A DNA stretch of 63,980 nt, the filler included, from Albugo candida (Eukaryota), in NCBI GenBank assembly GCA_040437565.1. It is 11 parts of 11 records of this genome, joined end to end, with 100 filler letters (N's around TTAATTAATTAA, not from the genome) between each part and the next. Parts side by side here need not be neighbours in the genome. Positions count along the whole stretch, not along the records: positions 1 to 6,161 come from JBDOQK010000141.1; positions 6,262 to 12,388 come from JBDOQK010000142.1; positions 12,489 to 18,590 come from JBDOQK010000143.1; 8 more parts are not named here. One strand, 5' to 3'. Positions 1 through 13,147 of this stretch are shown here, piece after piece. Position numbers and translations under genes: made by a program. How positions within the stretch are numbered: the first letter of the stretch is position 1; the number at the start of each line of letters is the position of its first letter. The notes under the pieces are model-generated. The model worked only from the letters and a program-made list of their open reading frames with translations, was not told the DNA's origin and ran no database searches.

Positions 1-3000
1 GGATGCTATCGAATCTTGCAACTGTTTTGCTATCGATCGGCCTGCCAATCCAGTGAATAGGACGCTATGTGTATGTCGCATGAAGAACAACAACACCAGT
101 ATATTTGATCCGAGCATCGAGATGTATTTCATCTACTCTTATTGTATTATGAGCTTATACTATCAACGATATTACTCGTACAAAATGTCACAATGCGGCT
201 GGTCCAAATTTGATCATACTGAATTTTTTCATGACCGGTGTAAAAACTGGAGATTTTTTTCTCTAGATAATGCAGTTCTATACGATGATATAAGACTTGC
301 GTTCTGGAAGACGTGTTCTCGGTGCTCAAGTAGAATTTGGCTGAATGCATAGATTGAATAAGATCGATACCTCATGACAAAAAGGGATCTATTTCCATTA
401 GTCGTGCAGCAGTGGATTTGTAAGCGGACTTGACGATTCGTTTCAAGGATTCAAGCTTTTGCCAGATTTCCCTTCGTTTACGATTTGATGCAACTATAGG
501 TACCACTATCACTTTAATTTACAAAACAGAGTTGCGTTAATTAATGTTAATTAATCCTGATGCAAGACACTCGTAAGCTTGCCGCACGAGTTATCAAGCG
601 TATGCTCTTTTTGATAGATGTTTGAGAACTTAGGTATATATACATTTCTGGATAAGAATTCTTGTGTACTTACTCACCAGCTCTTGAACAATTCCTGACT
701 TATCAATGATTTTTGCGGTGATTATTAGGAATCTCGTTGTTGTTGATAAATCCTTGTATCATCCGCGGATGAGTATTTAGCGATAATGACTTGTCAAGGA
801 TTGATCATATCAGCATTGTAGATCAAACATTAAATGTGGTGTCTGGTGGTAGTTCAAAGACTAGATTTCCTAGAAGAGAAAGCACATTTATAGACTGTGT
901 GTGCGGGGCGTTTGTCCGAAAATAGACGATCTTTCCTTCGTTGCGATTTTGTCTTGAACCATCTCAACCAGACTCACAAGAAAGCAATAGCCGTAGGTGG
1001 CTGGTTTTTGGTCTTGTATCAATTGCGATTGATGTTTCGAAGCAGCGCGATGATACAAATGCCAATATTACAGGGTGGTAGTTTGTCACTGCTATCACCA
1101 TTGCCCAGATAAGTGCATTGATCCGGTCAGCGCAAGGATAAAGAGTGGTATGCTAGCACACTAGCATAGGACGATGCGGGCCTGAACCATTCATGCTGTA
1201 GATATCGTTGAGGTCAAACCTATTCAACAATGCTTGATGAGATGGTCAAGGCTACAGCAAGAGCATCGATATCAGCACATCCGCTCTCTCCTAGGCCCTC
1301 GGTTGGACTCAACCATTAGCATGAAAAAGCTGATACTTTTGTGTTGTGGTGAAATCGATCAAAACTGGTAGCTCGCTATAATTTATTGCGATACAGACTT
1401 GAACTTTTGATCAATATGAGAACATGCATCTCATGGCTTCTCCACCTTGAGTCTGCAATTGGTCTTGAAGCTTCACTTAGCTGCAAACTACATATAATAT
1501 TCAGTTGCGTTGTTTGAGGACTCAAGTAATCGTTTAAGCCAATCTTGCATTTTCTTTCATTCAAAAGCTTTGCGTTGATTCAGCTCGCAAGAAAAGTTAT
1601 ATTTGAATGTTTGGATTTATTCTGATTCGTTACCGGCATCGCAATGCGTGCAGCTGAACAACTGTAGAAAAAATGTTTCCTGCATCGTAATGAATACGAG
1701 ATGACATAACTAGCTAGTTCTACTATCCTGGTATCGCAGGCAATGGCTTAGTAGTAGTGTTGCAGTCTGGTCATTACCACAGGCCGTAAGCGAGGGGATA
1801 CTGCGGGTCTTGATTTTCCATGCTCCGGGCACAGCATTCCTTCATATAATATGATCGAACACGAAATGGAGTCCAGCGATTGCAAAATGTGAGGTGCTAC
1901 AGTATAATATTTCGTTGTGCTGTCTGCAAGCACCTCTTGGCAGATTTTACAAAATAGATATACACTACCTCGCTTGAGAGCATTACTTTATCATCCACAA
2001 GGGTAAGCCATGTCATGCACGGTGAGGACTACATGTAGCGACCACGCCGTAGGCAAGCTGTCTAAAATCACTGGATTCATTGATAGAGAGGTCAAGTGAT
2101 GCGTTCAAATCATCAAAGACGAGATGTGTTAAGGCCGATTGAGAGAAAGTGATAAAAAAGAAATATTTCCTTGACCTTCACCGGTGCATCGTGACTAACA
2201 TGATACCTGTGTCGAATCGAGAAAGAGCGAACGAAGGATTGTCATTACGTCGTCATTGCATTGTCGATTTGGCAGTGAAGTGTTGTCTGCGTAATTGAGA
2301 TATCTGATGCAATTTCTCGAGGTGAAACGAAACTTGGCTTCCACCCATCCAGCTTATTGAGATGGACACACGTAACCTTGAAATTTGATTTTTGAGATGC
2401 TATGAAATGCATGATTCATGGGATGGGTGATTTGCTCGAGTATCATCAAATATGCACATGCAACAGTCATTAGCGCGTTAACGAGCCTTTTAGCCGACGA
2501 CAATCACACTCATTAGGTGGAACGGAACATCTAACAATCGACACAGATTCTCGTTGAGACCTCTGCAGTGGATGCACAAGTGCATCGAAGCATTATCTTG
2601 CATCACCTCGCAGATTTCTGCACCAGTGTATCCTTCAGCGTTAGGATTAGCAAGCCCAACCGGATGTGTGCGAACAACGCTAGCACGAAGCTATGTCTAC
2701 GGGGTTGACACACTAGGTGACTAAATACATAGAAGCTTCCATGTCATTTGCTCAGAATATTTTATGTATCTTTCATGCAAGTACACGTGCTTCTAGCCTC
2801 ATATGAAAGGCGTAAGAAAACAACGTGCATAGTGGAATTGGCTCAAGGTAGGTTAGCGAACATTGGGATTTACCAAAGATAAGCATCAGACTCACGACAC
2901 GAAAGCAAAGCCATATCAAACACACCCAGAAAAAGATATTTTTATTCGTTGCAAACTATCAGAATCTCAACTATCTCGACCCAATCTTGAATTTGTAACT

Positions 3001-3883
3001 GAATGGCACACTGATTCGTAAAAGCGAGCGAGTGTTCAAAACCACAGAAGTGGACAATAATGCGACCACAGCATGTCCGTAGCGTAACAAAGTGTTTGCA
3101 ACAGATTACAACAATCTGACGGTACAATAATGCTCGCAAGTTCTTACCCCATTTCCTTGCATGATGTACTATGTGCTGAAAGGCGTCCGTTAAGGGAGTT
3201 GTTCTGGATGGTATTGCAAGCACCGATGCCTCTCTTTTGTGTGGCGCAATACGAGCGTATGCTAATGACCATCAATTTGCAGTCAACACGATTTCAGCTT
3301 TTACAAAATCTACACTTTAGGTCTCACTTTCGGTGTTTCAATGGCAGCGCTACGACGAAAAGGTTGCTTTGTTGTGGATGAGGGTAACCTGATCCAGCAC
3401 ACCAAAAAGCCTCTTTTTGTTATTTCTTTACACGCACGCCAGTCATCAATTTCTTTTCGGTGGCAAAAATTCAAATATTTACTTCTAATCTTGACTTAGA
3501 CGTAGTGAGGGCGAAGATTAGACAGCTCACTTGTGAATAATAAACATTTTGGTGACAACCAAGTGTTTAGGATCGTTCTGCTAATCAAACGGAGCTATTT
3601 TATAAAGCATTTCGTGAGTCAATTGATGGTGTGTTTGGGGATAATAGTCAACTAGATGCTAGAATTTTACTACAATGGAGGAATTGTAAGAAGACTAGTG
3701 CAATTGCGATGTAATGGCTCCAAATCATGCCTGGAATGCAGTTTAAATTGCATAAGAGACATACAAAAAATGAAAATATTCGTTTCAAGCCTTTCCGTCC
3801 ACGCTCCAGACTATCCGAAAATTGACCAAATAAGCTGATAGCTGTAGAAAGTCACTATGACGACTGAATAGACGAGTGATGTA

Positions 3884-6161
3884 CTAAGAATGTATCTGAA
3901 TCGCAAGATTCTCACGAGCGGCAGAGATATTGAACGATCGGATCACAATACCCCATTGCGGCCCGAAAAGCCAAATTTTGGCCGGATGTTTCTCACTGAG
4001 CATCAAAGAAGGAAAGGTCTCTTTGTCTACTGCTTGCAGTTTTGCCAGCGAACGCTGTGACAAATCAAGATTGGAATTGACAGATGTCTCCAAGTCCAAC
4101 CGAACACCCATGTCAGTATCTTTGATAGAATGAAGCCATTCGCCAAGGCTGGTAGTGATCATGACAATTGGAATGGAGATGATATCAGCCAGAGCCGGAT
4201 TTCCGGGGCGATTCGATGCAGAAGCTTCGACCAATAAATCGTCAATATCCGTTTCGAGCTTTTCTGTAATCCAAATAAGCAAGCCGAATGCGCCGGATGC
4301 AACAACATTTGCTGCCTTTTCCTCGTGGGAGCATTTCCCTTGATGCGAAAGCACGTACTTCCCACGATAATGATTTCCTTGAAGGTTAGCACACGCGTCG
4401 ATAGGGTCTGCAATCACCAGACCGGCCATTATAAATGCGACGCTATGAGGTGAGAAAGAATAGCCTCCAAATCTACTCTGGATACAAGGAAATCGGAACG
4501 CGGTCATTTCGTCGTGGTGCTCTTTATTCAAATTTTTGAAATTCAGCAAAACTTGTACGGAACATGAGAAACTGAGCAACTTGATCGCCGTCGATGGTGC
4601 CGTGTGCAGCTGAAATGTTCGGTATACGGGTACCAATGGAGCCTTAATAGAGCCAGAGTTCGATTTCAAAACTTGATCTTGATCGAGCATCATTGCAACT
4701 AGCAACTGATTCTGACCATAACGGACAAAGTCGATCCACTGTTGCGTCTGCTCTTGTATCACTCGAGTAAAGCGACCGACTTGATGAACGTGAAAGTTTC
4801 CAAGCTTTTCACCACCATTCACTACATGACTTTGCTCAATTCCCAGCGACTTATTTTCGGTTTGCAGGTCACAAAAGCTCCATTGATAAAACGCCTCATC
4901 ATACAGTCTAGTATTCTCCTTTTCAGTGATGACTCGGAAATCCTCCTGATATGAATAAGCAAGCCAGAATGGAGCTTCCGAGCATGTATTATCATTCTGA
5001 TCAGTGAGCGTGCCCGAATTTGATTTCACCAGCTTTTGAATGAGCTCCAAGCCAACAGTCACCTGAGAGATCGGAAATGGATGAGCCTCCGTTGTGAACA
5101 CGAAATTTCCATTTCGTATGAAGCTGCTGGTGTTGAATAAAAGATACAAATACTTGCACGTTTCTGCAAGGAAAAATGACGGCATTTCATCCTTCAATGA
5201 TTTTGCTTCCACATTTTTGACGCTTGCATAACCGCAATCAGTCTTGCAATGGTTTTCAATCGACTCAACGATATGAGCACCTGCACGTAACCAAGAAGAA
5301 TCTTGTGTGGCTTCGTGCATGTAGAATGTTGATTCTGCAAGCTCTGGTCGAAGCACGTAGTCTCGCCCACCCCAATCAACATTCCATGCTTTTACGTCCA
5401 ATCTCTCCGGAGTAAACCCAAAGTCTCGCCAGACTTTATGGAAAGCATTTAAGGAGTTAGAAGCTGCAGAGATTTGGCCATAAGCTACCTGTAATGCTGG
5501 AAAAAATGCCACCAGATTTTCAAAAATCATCTGACTGTTGTGAGCTTCGAAGCCATCATTTAAGTTCACATCGAAAAACCAATCGCCCACACGGTTGTAG
5601 GTCATGATCGCATCATACAGCTCTTCAAATACGTTAAGAAACTCAATATCGCCGAATGTCATGTACATCTTCAAATAGTATTCATACGTGCTATCTGCGT
5701 TAGGACCTAGACCTGACACCGAACTTGTCCATTCACCATTTCGATTGCTAATGAACTTTCCCAATAGACCAGCCTTTGTACGACTATCGAAAAGAGCCCG
5801 CGCAGCTATGCGCGAAGCGTTAGCATACTTGATGTCTCCTGTCAAGACACTCAGCATTGTAAACTCCATCGTGAGTGAACCCACTTCAGCAGTATTGGCC
5901 TGTACGGAGAAACCCAGCGGTACACCTCGACGCAAGTTTACCTGTCCATATGGAATGCCAGTTTTTGTCTGAAAAGCAGGCATCAGTCGATCTGCGATGT
6001 TAATAGCAAGTGTGAGCAGCTCATTTTTGTACATTCCGTTGGGCAGTAAGGCCAAACGTTTGTTGATAGCAAACATATGAGCAGACAATAGACCTCCGAG
6101 GACTCGAATCGTCGTTTCAAAGACCGAAACATTCTCATCGATGTCAAAATTCGAGTGTTCT
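3884..6161 (-). CDS. GH47 ER alpha-1,2-mannosidase/EDEM-like protein with C-terminal PA domain (5' truncated at contig end)
   Basis: The frame stays open past the listed ORF to the contig end and reads FDIDENVSVFETTIRVLGGLLSAH. Other GH47 motifs: AFQTKTGIPY, DSTYEYYLK, RPELAEST, DEMPSFFLAETCKYLYLLF, FTTEAHP. PA-like segment: ADPIDAC...GKCSHEEKA...GAFGLLI...IPIVMI. Confidence 0.92.
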
Positions 6162-6261
6162 NNNNNNNNNNNNNNNNNNNNNNNNNNNNNNNNNNNNNNN
6201 NNNNNTTAATTAATTAANNNNNNNNNNNNNNNNNNNNNNNNNNNNNNNNNNNNNNNNNNNN
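6162..6261. other. Artificial contig linker
   Basis: 44 N + TTAATTAATTAA (stops in six frames) + 44 N. Confidence 0.99.
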
Positions 6262-8064
6262 GCCAAAGTAGCCACAAGAACACGGATTTTCAGGATTCTC
6301 TAGATCCACAGAATACTCCACAGGAAGCTCTCCATACTTCCTCACCTTAACCACGAAGGATGACAGGCAACTCGGGACGATTTCGATCCTGTCAACGACA
6401 GAGACATAGTGCTTGCGCTCGAATCCCTTGGTTGCGTAAGCTGTGAGTCCACCCCCCCCATGAAGCCGACTTGGCGACTGATTCAACCCAATTGATCCCT
6501 ATGTACTTTTCCACCGCCAGAGGACAGTCCAGAAGTGGCTTCTCTCTAGCTTTAAGCAGGACGTTATTAACAGACTCCACGTTATTGCTATTCATGGTCC
6601 CAAAGCGCGGACGTATACTATACGCGGCAGCCCATTTGAGCTTGTCTGCGTCGAGTAGCCATTGCAGCGCCTTTGCATTGTGTTTCTTCAACTCAATGGC
6701 TCGCCGTTCGAACGACGCAACCGTCAAGGACTTGGCCAAATTCCATTCTTGGTTCTTCAAGGTCGCATTGCTAAACTTGGCGTTGAAATTCTCGAACATG
6801 TGACGAACACAAAAAAAGTGAGGTTTGTCACCTGCTTTAACTTGCATCGCCGGAATGAGACCCCCGAGACCCTTGTCACGGTCGGTGATGAAGAATGCTG
6901 GCACTTCTATAGAGCGTAGAAGAAAGTCCAGGAACCATGACCAAGTGTCTTTTGTCTCACCTGACACCCAAGCGACCGCGACAATTTGGATCTCATTGTT
7001 GCTGTTTTTACAGCAAGCGACAAGAAGGACTCCACCATATTTGTGCTTCATAAATGTGCCATCCACATTGATACCGCGATCTGCAAATTCGCGAAGCACA
7101 TGAATGCCGGGCTTGTATACGATGACAACCCGAGAATTTTTGTCCTCACGCAACGTGATATCTGCCTTGTGTCCGCGGTTGTTTATTTCGTGTATGTATG
7201 ACAAGGTGAACTGGTCCTGCGTGTGATCTTCATCAAAGAGTTGCGCTTTGAGTCGAACGCAGGCATCAACACAAGTCTTGTACGTCAATCGACGCCCATC
7301 AGCCGTCAGCTTCTTCTGTATCTCAGCTGGACTGGCGTCACGACCCTTCTCAAGGACGATTGGAGGACCGAGTCAATCAAAGCGACGTATGAAGACTTGT
7401 TTCCACGACTCGCTTCGTATGAAGCCAAGTCAACCCTCGTTGCGTCGCATGTGTGCGGCACGAACGTATGAGGCGGCTCAAATCCCCTACCATAAGCAAA
7501 AGCGATTGCGAAGCTGCAATTTGGATCGACACACAATACCTTGTAGCGTCTGTGGTCGCTCGATATGACACGAAACGTTCGTCCAACTTTTTCGTTGTAT
7601 TCAATGATCGCACTTGTTATATCGTCACGACTGGCGTAGTCGCGTGAGTAGAAGTATGCACGCCCGAATGCCCAGTCCGCTGGTGAACAGCCGTCACTTG
7701 ACTCTTGTGTCTCACCAACGTAGACGTCGTTGCTGGCAGTCGTCATAGTCGCCAGATGTGAATATTCTAACGATATAGCACTTAAGAATGTGTAAACTTC
7801 AGACTTTTTGGTATATTTTTCATAATTTTAAATAAACTCCAGGCTTTTTTATGTATTTTTCATTTTTTTTCAATTTCGCCCGTGTAATATTCATTTTGGT
7901 ATATAAACCATATTTTCTCAACTTTTGGTATATAATCCATATTTGTCAACTTTTGGTATATAATCCATATTGTTTAAACTTTTGGTATAAAAACCATATT
8001 TTTGAAACTTTTGGTGTATAAACCATATTTTTTGAAAAAAGTGGAATAAAATCCCCATATTCTC
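6262..8064 (-). mobile_element. Mutator-like (MULE) DNA transposon with frameshifted transposase; 3' part lost at contig end
   Basis: 7746-7306 is a MuDR-type N-terminus (RYKVLC..PNCSF...PHTC). 7288-6460 is the MULE core (VDGTFMKHKYGGVLL, ETKDTWSWFL, ITDRDKGL, FCVRH, NSNNVES). A SWIM finger starts at 6262-6290 (CSCGYF). Frameshifts at ~7330 and in the C-run at ~6452-6459. Likely terminus GAGAATATGGGG at 8064. Confidence 0.9.
7891..8064. repeat. ~29-bp tandem subterminal repeats of the MULE end
   Basis: About 5 imperfect copies of ACTTTTGGTATATAA(T/A)CCATATT, directly inside the putative terminus. Confidence 0.75.
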
Positions 8065-8132
8065 AATAAAGGCATTAAACATATCATTACAGTAATGTGT
8101 CACTAATTGCATTAATATCCTACATATTGTCT
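8065..8132. repeat. ~69-bp dispersed repeat, copy 1 (copy 2 at 10968-11036)
   Basis: aataaaggcattaaacatatcattacagtaatgtgtcactaattgcattaatatcctacatattgtct versus aataaaacgcattgagcatatcattacagtaatatgtcacaaattgcattaacatcctacataatgtct. Confidence 0.85.
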
Positions 8133-8402
8133 ATCTTTCGACTCAATAGACGATTCCTTCATAAAACTTCCATTGTCTGGTCATTTTCTGTCAAATCAAT
8201 CTTGAAATGGTCAATTCCCATCTTATTTTTCTAATTCATATCCGGGCTTTATCACGACACTAGGAATTACTATAGGAATCGCGACGACGAATTTCTAGCT
8301 AAGAGACTCAATATAATGCTGTTCTTTTCTTCTGTCGTATTCTTTCGTCTTCGATGCTTTATCCTCGGACTGCTTTGTTTCTCACTATCAGATTAACCAA
8401 CG

Positions 8403-9083
8403 ATGAACATCAGACAAACAACAACAAACTCACGACTTACACCCGCCAACATGCGCCGCGTTGGTGGTGGCTTTATTCCAATTCAGGAGCAGCCACACCA
8501 GCGAACCCGGCCAGAAGCCTCAGCAAACTCAGCGACCGTCAGCACCGAGCTCCAAAGACTCCGCAAAGAGAACGAGTCGCTCAAGAGAGAGATTGGTAAT
8601 CTCAGGGCTTCGAAGGCTCAATCGGAGTCAGCATTGACGCACCAGAATGATGCGCTAGTCGAGCTAACATAAATGAATCAAATATTGAAAATGAGACTTC
8701 AGCAGCAAGCTACCGAGGGGGCTGACCAAAAGGATTGCATTGAGAAGCTTTCCTTGCAGCTAAAAACGACTCTATCAGAACTAGAGGACCGAAAAATCAA
8801 CCTCAAAAGTTCAAACCGAGTATCAGTACGCAGTACGACTACTTGGTGATTATCATCAACAACTACAGCAAGTCTCAGTTAACAGTACCATCGTTTCGAA
8901 GTGTCCTGATACCGAAACTGACGGTGAAACTTCACCAAACTTCTACAAAAAGCTTAATAAAGCACTCAGACTCGAAGACGAGTTGCATCGCAAAGTCGAT
9001 AAATTGCGCGCAACAGTTGAGAACTTGCAGCGTCAGATACAGCAACTTCAGCAACTTTTGGTGCTAGGCATCGGTACGGGTTG
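8403..9083 (+). pseudogene. Disrupted coiled-coil protein gene
   Basis: Heptad-like ELQRLRKENESLKREIGNL, then an in-frame TAA at 8670-8672. Coding continues (MRLQQQ...LSELEDRK), frameshifts near a 7-bp duplication at 8824-8837, and resumes as KALRLEDELHRKVDKLRATVENLQRQIQQLQQLL. Confidence 0.65.
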
Positions 9084-9359
9084 ATACCGGTAAGAAGAGT
9101 GCAAGTGCAACTCCGATCCTAGTACTAGCTGTTCAGCGTAGTGTGGTGGACATCAATGTGAAGAATACTGTGCTTCGTTATATTATCCATTAATTACAAG
9201 CTGGACATTGTCTCCTACTGCGTATATGATCGACACATTGACAGACTTTTGAAAGAAGCTTTTATGCGTAATCTATTAGCAAAGCTCGGAACTCGTTCAT
9301 CGATTGAATCTTGCATTTGTAGCCATAATGTTTTAATATATTGTAAAAACAGTCTAATA

Positions 9360-9939
9360 GTGACGCGAATTGAGAATAGAATAGTGTTATTATTGCAGCT
9401 ACCGATTGTCCTACTTGTCGCTATAATCCTCCAAAGCTAATCTTTGCACATTGCTTCAATGTACTCTCCACCGTTCTCGAAAAGCTTCAGCGTTTGCGAA
9501 AACTGCCAAAATACATTCCGGATTTGCAATCGTGATATTTTATGTCTTTATGTGTTCTTGAGCATCGCTATAGTTTATGCTGACGACACTTTCCCTTATT
9601 CGAATCCTTTTAGTACGCAGATGATGAAGTTTAGTCAACTTTGTGCTCAAACTCAGGTGCCTAATTGTTTGCACATCTTCCAGCTGGGATACACATATTT
9701 CATTCCCAGCAAAGCATCATAAACGCTCGGGATGGACAAAAAATTGCAAAATCTGCTGCAATTTAACCGCTCGTTATCTTTTCAAACCAGTATCTGAATA
9801 CACACTTTGTGTGCCAATTTTCTACATTGATGTAGCTTGCAGTTATATATCATGCGGACTCGTAGAGATCTGGCACGGGAAAGAATGCGATCAAGTCCAA
9901 GATGACGCTCCGAATTATGACCTTAAAAAGCATGAATAA
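9360..9939 (+). pseudogene. Albugo CCG-type secreted effector pseudogene
   Basis: Signal-peptide-like IVLLLQLPIVLLVAIILQS, then a stop, then CENC at 9495-9506. Restoring 2 nt gives CENCxKIHSG (CxxCxxxxxG). A second CKIC and later C..CG..C residues lie in shifted frames. Confidence 0.6.
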
Positions 9940-10967
9940 TCAGTTTATTATTGCTAGTTTTCAAAGTGTGTCTATTGAATAAGCGGGTGAATACGAATGA
10001 TCCCCCCCATCAGAATGTTTGAATTAGTGATCTATAGTACTAGTAGAGGTCGTTCATGTTGGGTCCATGAGTTGCTAAATCACCACTTCAGCACCATCGA
10101 GTGCACATTCTAGTTTCTATGCTATAATTAATTAGAAGACCTATCAAAAATCGACAGGTTTGGGTAATAGTAGAATCTTATTGTTCTTTAGTGACATGTA
10201 TAGTATAGGCAAATGCTAAAATAGGAGTTTGAGAAAAATTGAAAAGAAAATTTTTGTTTTCGTTTCTTTTCTTTTCCTTAAAGTAAACTGCAGTGCTCGC
10301 GAGTACTTACTAATACTCTAGATACAGAAAAGATAGACTCGAAACGCAGCTTTTCAACCGCGTCATTCGTACATACTCCTGGAAAGCGTACTTTACCAAG
10401 TACAGCAGATGCGATGGCCGTTGGAAACGGGAGGTACGAGCATACTGTTACATACTTGCATTAGATACTGACCATCGATTAGTCCATTCTGACTTAGATC
10501 GACTCGAAAGCAATATAGCATCGAATGAGGAGTACAGAAGGAGGGTATAGTGATACATTCACGCAAATACAGCAAGCTAAAAGCACTTGAGTCTCACTCG
10601 GATAAGTGCGTGGTCGAATACAAGTCGCGCTTGGTCGGGATGCCGCACTAGTTCGCGGACATGGATCGTAGGTGGGCATCAAATTGCATCATTACAAGGG
10701 GAAGGTGTTGATCGTGCAGTGTGGGCTTCGTGATGGGCGCATGACGTATGTTAACGCCTGAAAGTACGGAAAAAGAGTATCTGGGTACGTCTCAAAGGAA
10801 CAAGAGGTCGATTGCGGTGCGGATCATGTCTACTGGTGAAGAAACAGAACACAAAGTGTCAGTCAAGAGTGTGAGGCGTCCCTACATGAAAACGTAGATA
10901 GTTGCTGGAGCAGACTACTGCTTTTTCTCTCTTCTTCAGGGACGCACTTGATCCAGTACTGTTAACT

Positions 10968-11036
10968 AATAAAACGCATTGAGCATATCATTACAGTAAT
11001 ATGTCACAAATTGCATTAACATCCTACATAATGTCT
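10968..11036. repeat. ~69-bp dispersed repeat, copy 2
   Basis: Aligns with 8065-8132 and sits just before the LINE remnant. Confidence 0.85.
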
Positions 11037-11076
11037 TCCTTTTTTTGTTGATTAGGGATGACGTCCTACCTGGGTC

Positions 11077-12002
11077 ATGCCCAAAGCGTCTAATTCTGAC
11101 TGCTCTTTGATCCGGTATTTCAAGACCCTCAAACTCGGCAGCTTTAATGTTCGTGGATTAACCTCGACCATAAAGTAGACATGCTTGGGGAAAGATCGCT
11201 CGCGGTACAAAGTGTACGTATGCGCTCTGCAGGAAAACAAAATGACGGGACCTCTAGTTGACGTTCGCCGTCCAACCGATCGAGTCATACTCCATTCTTC
11301 GTAGAAACCCTCTTATGGCCTGGGCTTCATATTGTCCGATAGAGACGTTAATCATGTGCATCGGTACTGGTGGATGGTCAGCAATCGCATCGCCGTCCTA
11401 CAACTTAAACTCTCAAAGCAATTCAAGGTTACATTTATTAATGTCTCTCCCTGCACATGGAGCGCTCAACAGAGGAGTCCAATGCATTTTACGACACACT
11501 TCAACAAACAGGCCAGCGCTTTCACCACCAGCTTTTCTTTATTTTAGGAGACTTCAACGCCAAAATTGAGCAGCGATGCGAAGGAGACACTTTCCTGTGT
11601 TGTACTCGCGCGGATAACGAAATGACAATGGCATCCGTCTCCTAGATTTCTGTGCGGACAAGGGCCCCTTCCTGTCAAACACAGCTTTTTACAAGAAACG
11701 CGCACGCAATAACACCAGCTGGCAAGGCATTCGCGGACGGAATCCAATTTTCAATCATAACACCATACTCTCCCTACGCTTCAAGCTGCTGTTTTACAAT
11801 TCACAATTATGGAGCGGGACACTCGTTGACAATGATCATCGGCTCATAGCCACACATCTTCTACTGTCCAATGTCTATAAGATACTCATGAACATCTCCA
11901 GCACGCAATCTTCGGCACTTACTTTTGACACCGCCCTCCTCCGGGATCCGGACATACTTGATTTATACCAGCAATTCATCGCAAAAGGCACTTGTCGCAT
12001 CA
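11077..12002 (+). mobile_element. Non-LTR retrotransposon (LINE, RTE-like) apurinic-endonuclease region, decayed
   Basis: APE motifs across several frames: LKLGSFNVRGL, CALQE, FYDTLQ, ILGDFNAKI, NDNGIRLLDFC, LSNTAF. Contains stops and frameshifts. Confidence 0.88.
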
Positions 12003-12388
12003 GATCGACTATCTTATCGTTGTGATCGAGACGGTGTGCGTTATCAATTTTGGATCAGATGATGTTATTGGCGATGGGTTATGTGCGAATTGGTACCGAT
12101 GGCCATTTGAGTGAACCAGTGAGTATTGATGCGACAAGTGCCTTTTGCGATGAATTGCTGGTATAAATCAAGTATGTCCGGATCCCGGAGGAGGGCGGTG
12201 TCAAAAGTAAGTGCCGAAGATTGCGTGCTGGAGATGTTCATGAGTATCTTATAGACATTGGACAGTAGAAGATGTGTGGCTATGAGCCGATGATCATTGT
12301 CAACGAGTGTCCCGCTCCATAATTGTGAATTGTAAAACAGCAGCTTGAAGCGTAGGGAGAGTATGGTGTTATGATTGAAAATTGGATT
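11741..12388. repeat. Perfect 262-bp inverted repeat (11741-12002 / 12127-12388) with 124-nt spacer
   Basis: The right arm is the reverse complement of the left arm and runs to the contig end. Confidence 0.95.
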
Positions 12389-12488
12389 NNNNNNNNNNNN
12401 NNNNNNNNNNNNNNNNNNNNNNNNNNNNNNNNTTAATTAATTAANNNNNNNNNNNNNNNNNNNNNNNNNNNNNNNNNNNNNNNNNNNN
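12389..12488. other. Artificial contig linker
   Basis: 44 N + TTAATTAATTAA + 44 N. Confidence 0.99.
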
Positions 12489-12890
12489 CAATATTGTCAA
12501 CGAAATTGACAAAAGTTATTCCAATAGCTGACAATATGAGCAATTTTCATGACAATATCTTTTTTTTTTAAAAAAAAAATTAATTTTCTTAAAATTAAAC
12601 GATTTATTATCAAGTTTGACACAATATTGTCAAAGGAAAACCCAAGAAAACACTTTGACAAAAAAAAAAGAACTTGAATCTTTCTTTTTTTTTAAAAAAA
12701 AGTGGTAGAGGCAAAATATAAAAGTCGTTTGTAAATCAAATACATGTGTTCATTTCAATTTAAACTCTTATACATCAAAGACAAAGCGAATGTATAGGAA
12801 GTGTCACTTTAAAAGCTTGCACTCATTACAAGCATTATATTAACTACAAGAGAAGAGAAAAAAAAATTCAGAGTGTTTTATTTTTATTTA

Positions 12891-13147
12891 ATTAATAAAA
12901 GCCAAATGAATATGACAGTTGTTTATGATTCTTTCTTTTGTTTTCCATAATATTCAATTGCTGTTCAAAAAAAAATGAAAAGGGGGAAGAGAAAGTCAAA
13001 CTTGAATTAACAAACGATGTATTTCTTTTTATTTTATTCGATTAGTAAAAGTCAAATGAATGTGACACTTATTTATGATTCTTTTCTTTGATTTCTATAC
13101 TATTCATTACTGTTCAGAGAGTTGAAAAGGAGAAGAGAAAGTTCAAA
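12891..13147. repeat. Two ~150-bp-spaced imperfect direct repeats
   Basis: atta(a/g)taaaag(c/t)caaatgaat(a/g)tgaca...tttatgattct...ctgttca...gaagagaaagt at 12891-13000 and 13041-13147. Confidence 0.75.

Noticed and set aside
560-3400. Effector-like fragments (signal-like MVQARIVLC*, CKICQ)
   Set aside because: Too degraded to reconstruct or assign
3884-4500. GH47 plus PA domain fusion as a novelty
   Set aside because: This is the known EDEM3-type architecture
6206-6217. TTAATTAATTAA recurring every ~6 kb as a biological repeat
   Set aside because: It is always centred in 44+44 N, so it is a synthetic six-frame stop linker
7891-8064. CRISPR-like array of ~29-bp repeats
   Set aside because: No unique spacers, eukaryotic context, and it lies at a MULE terminus
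10393-10682. EF-hand-like DLSQNGLID fragment
   Set aside because: Single weak motif with no supportable gene model
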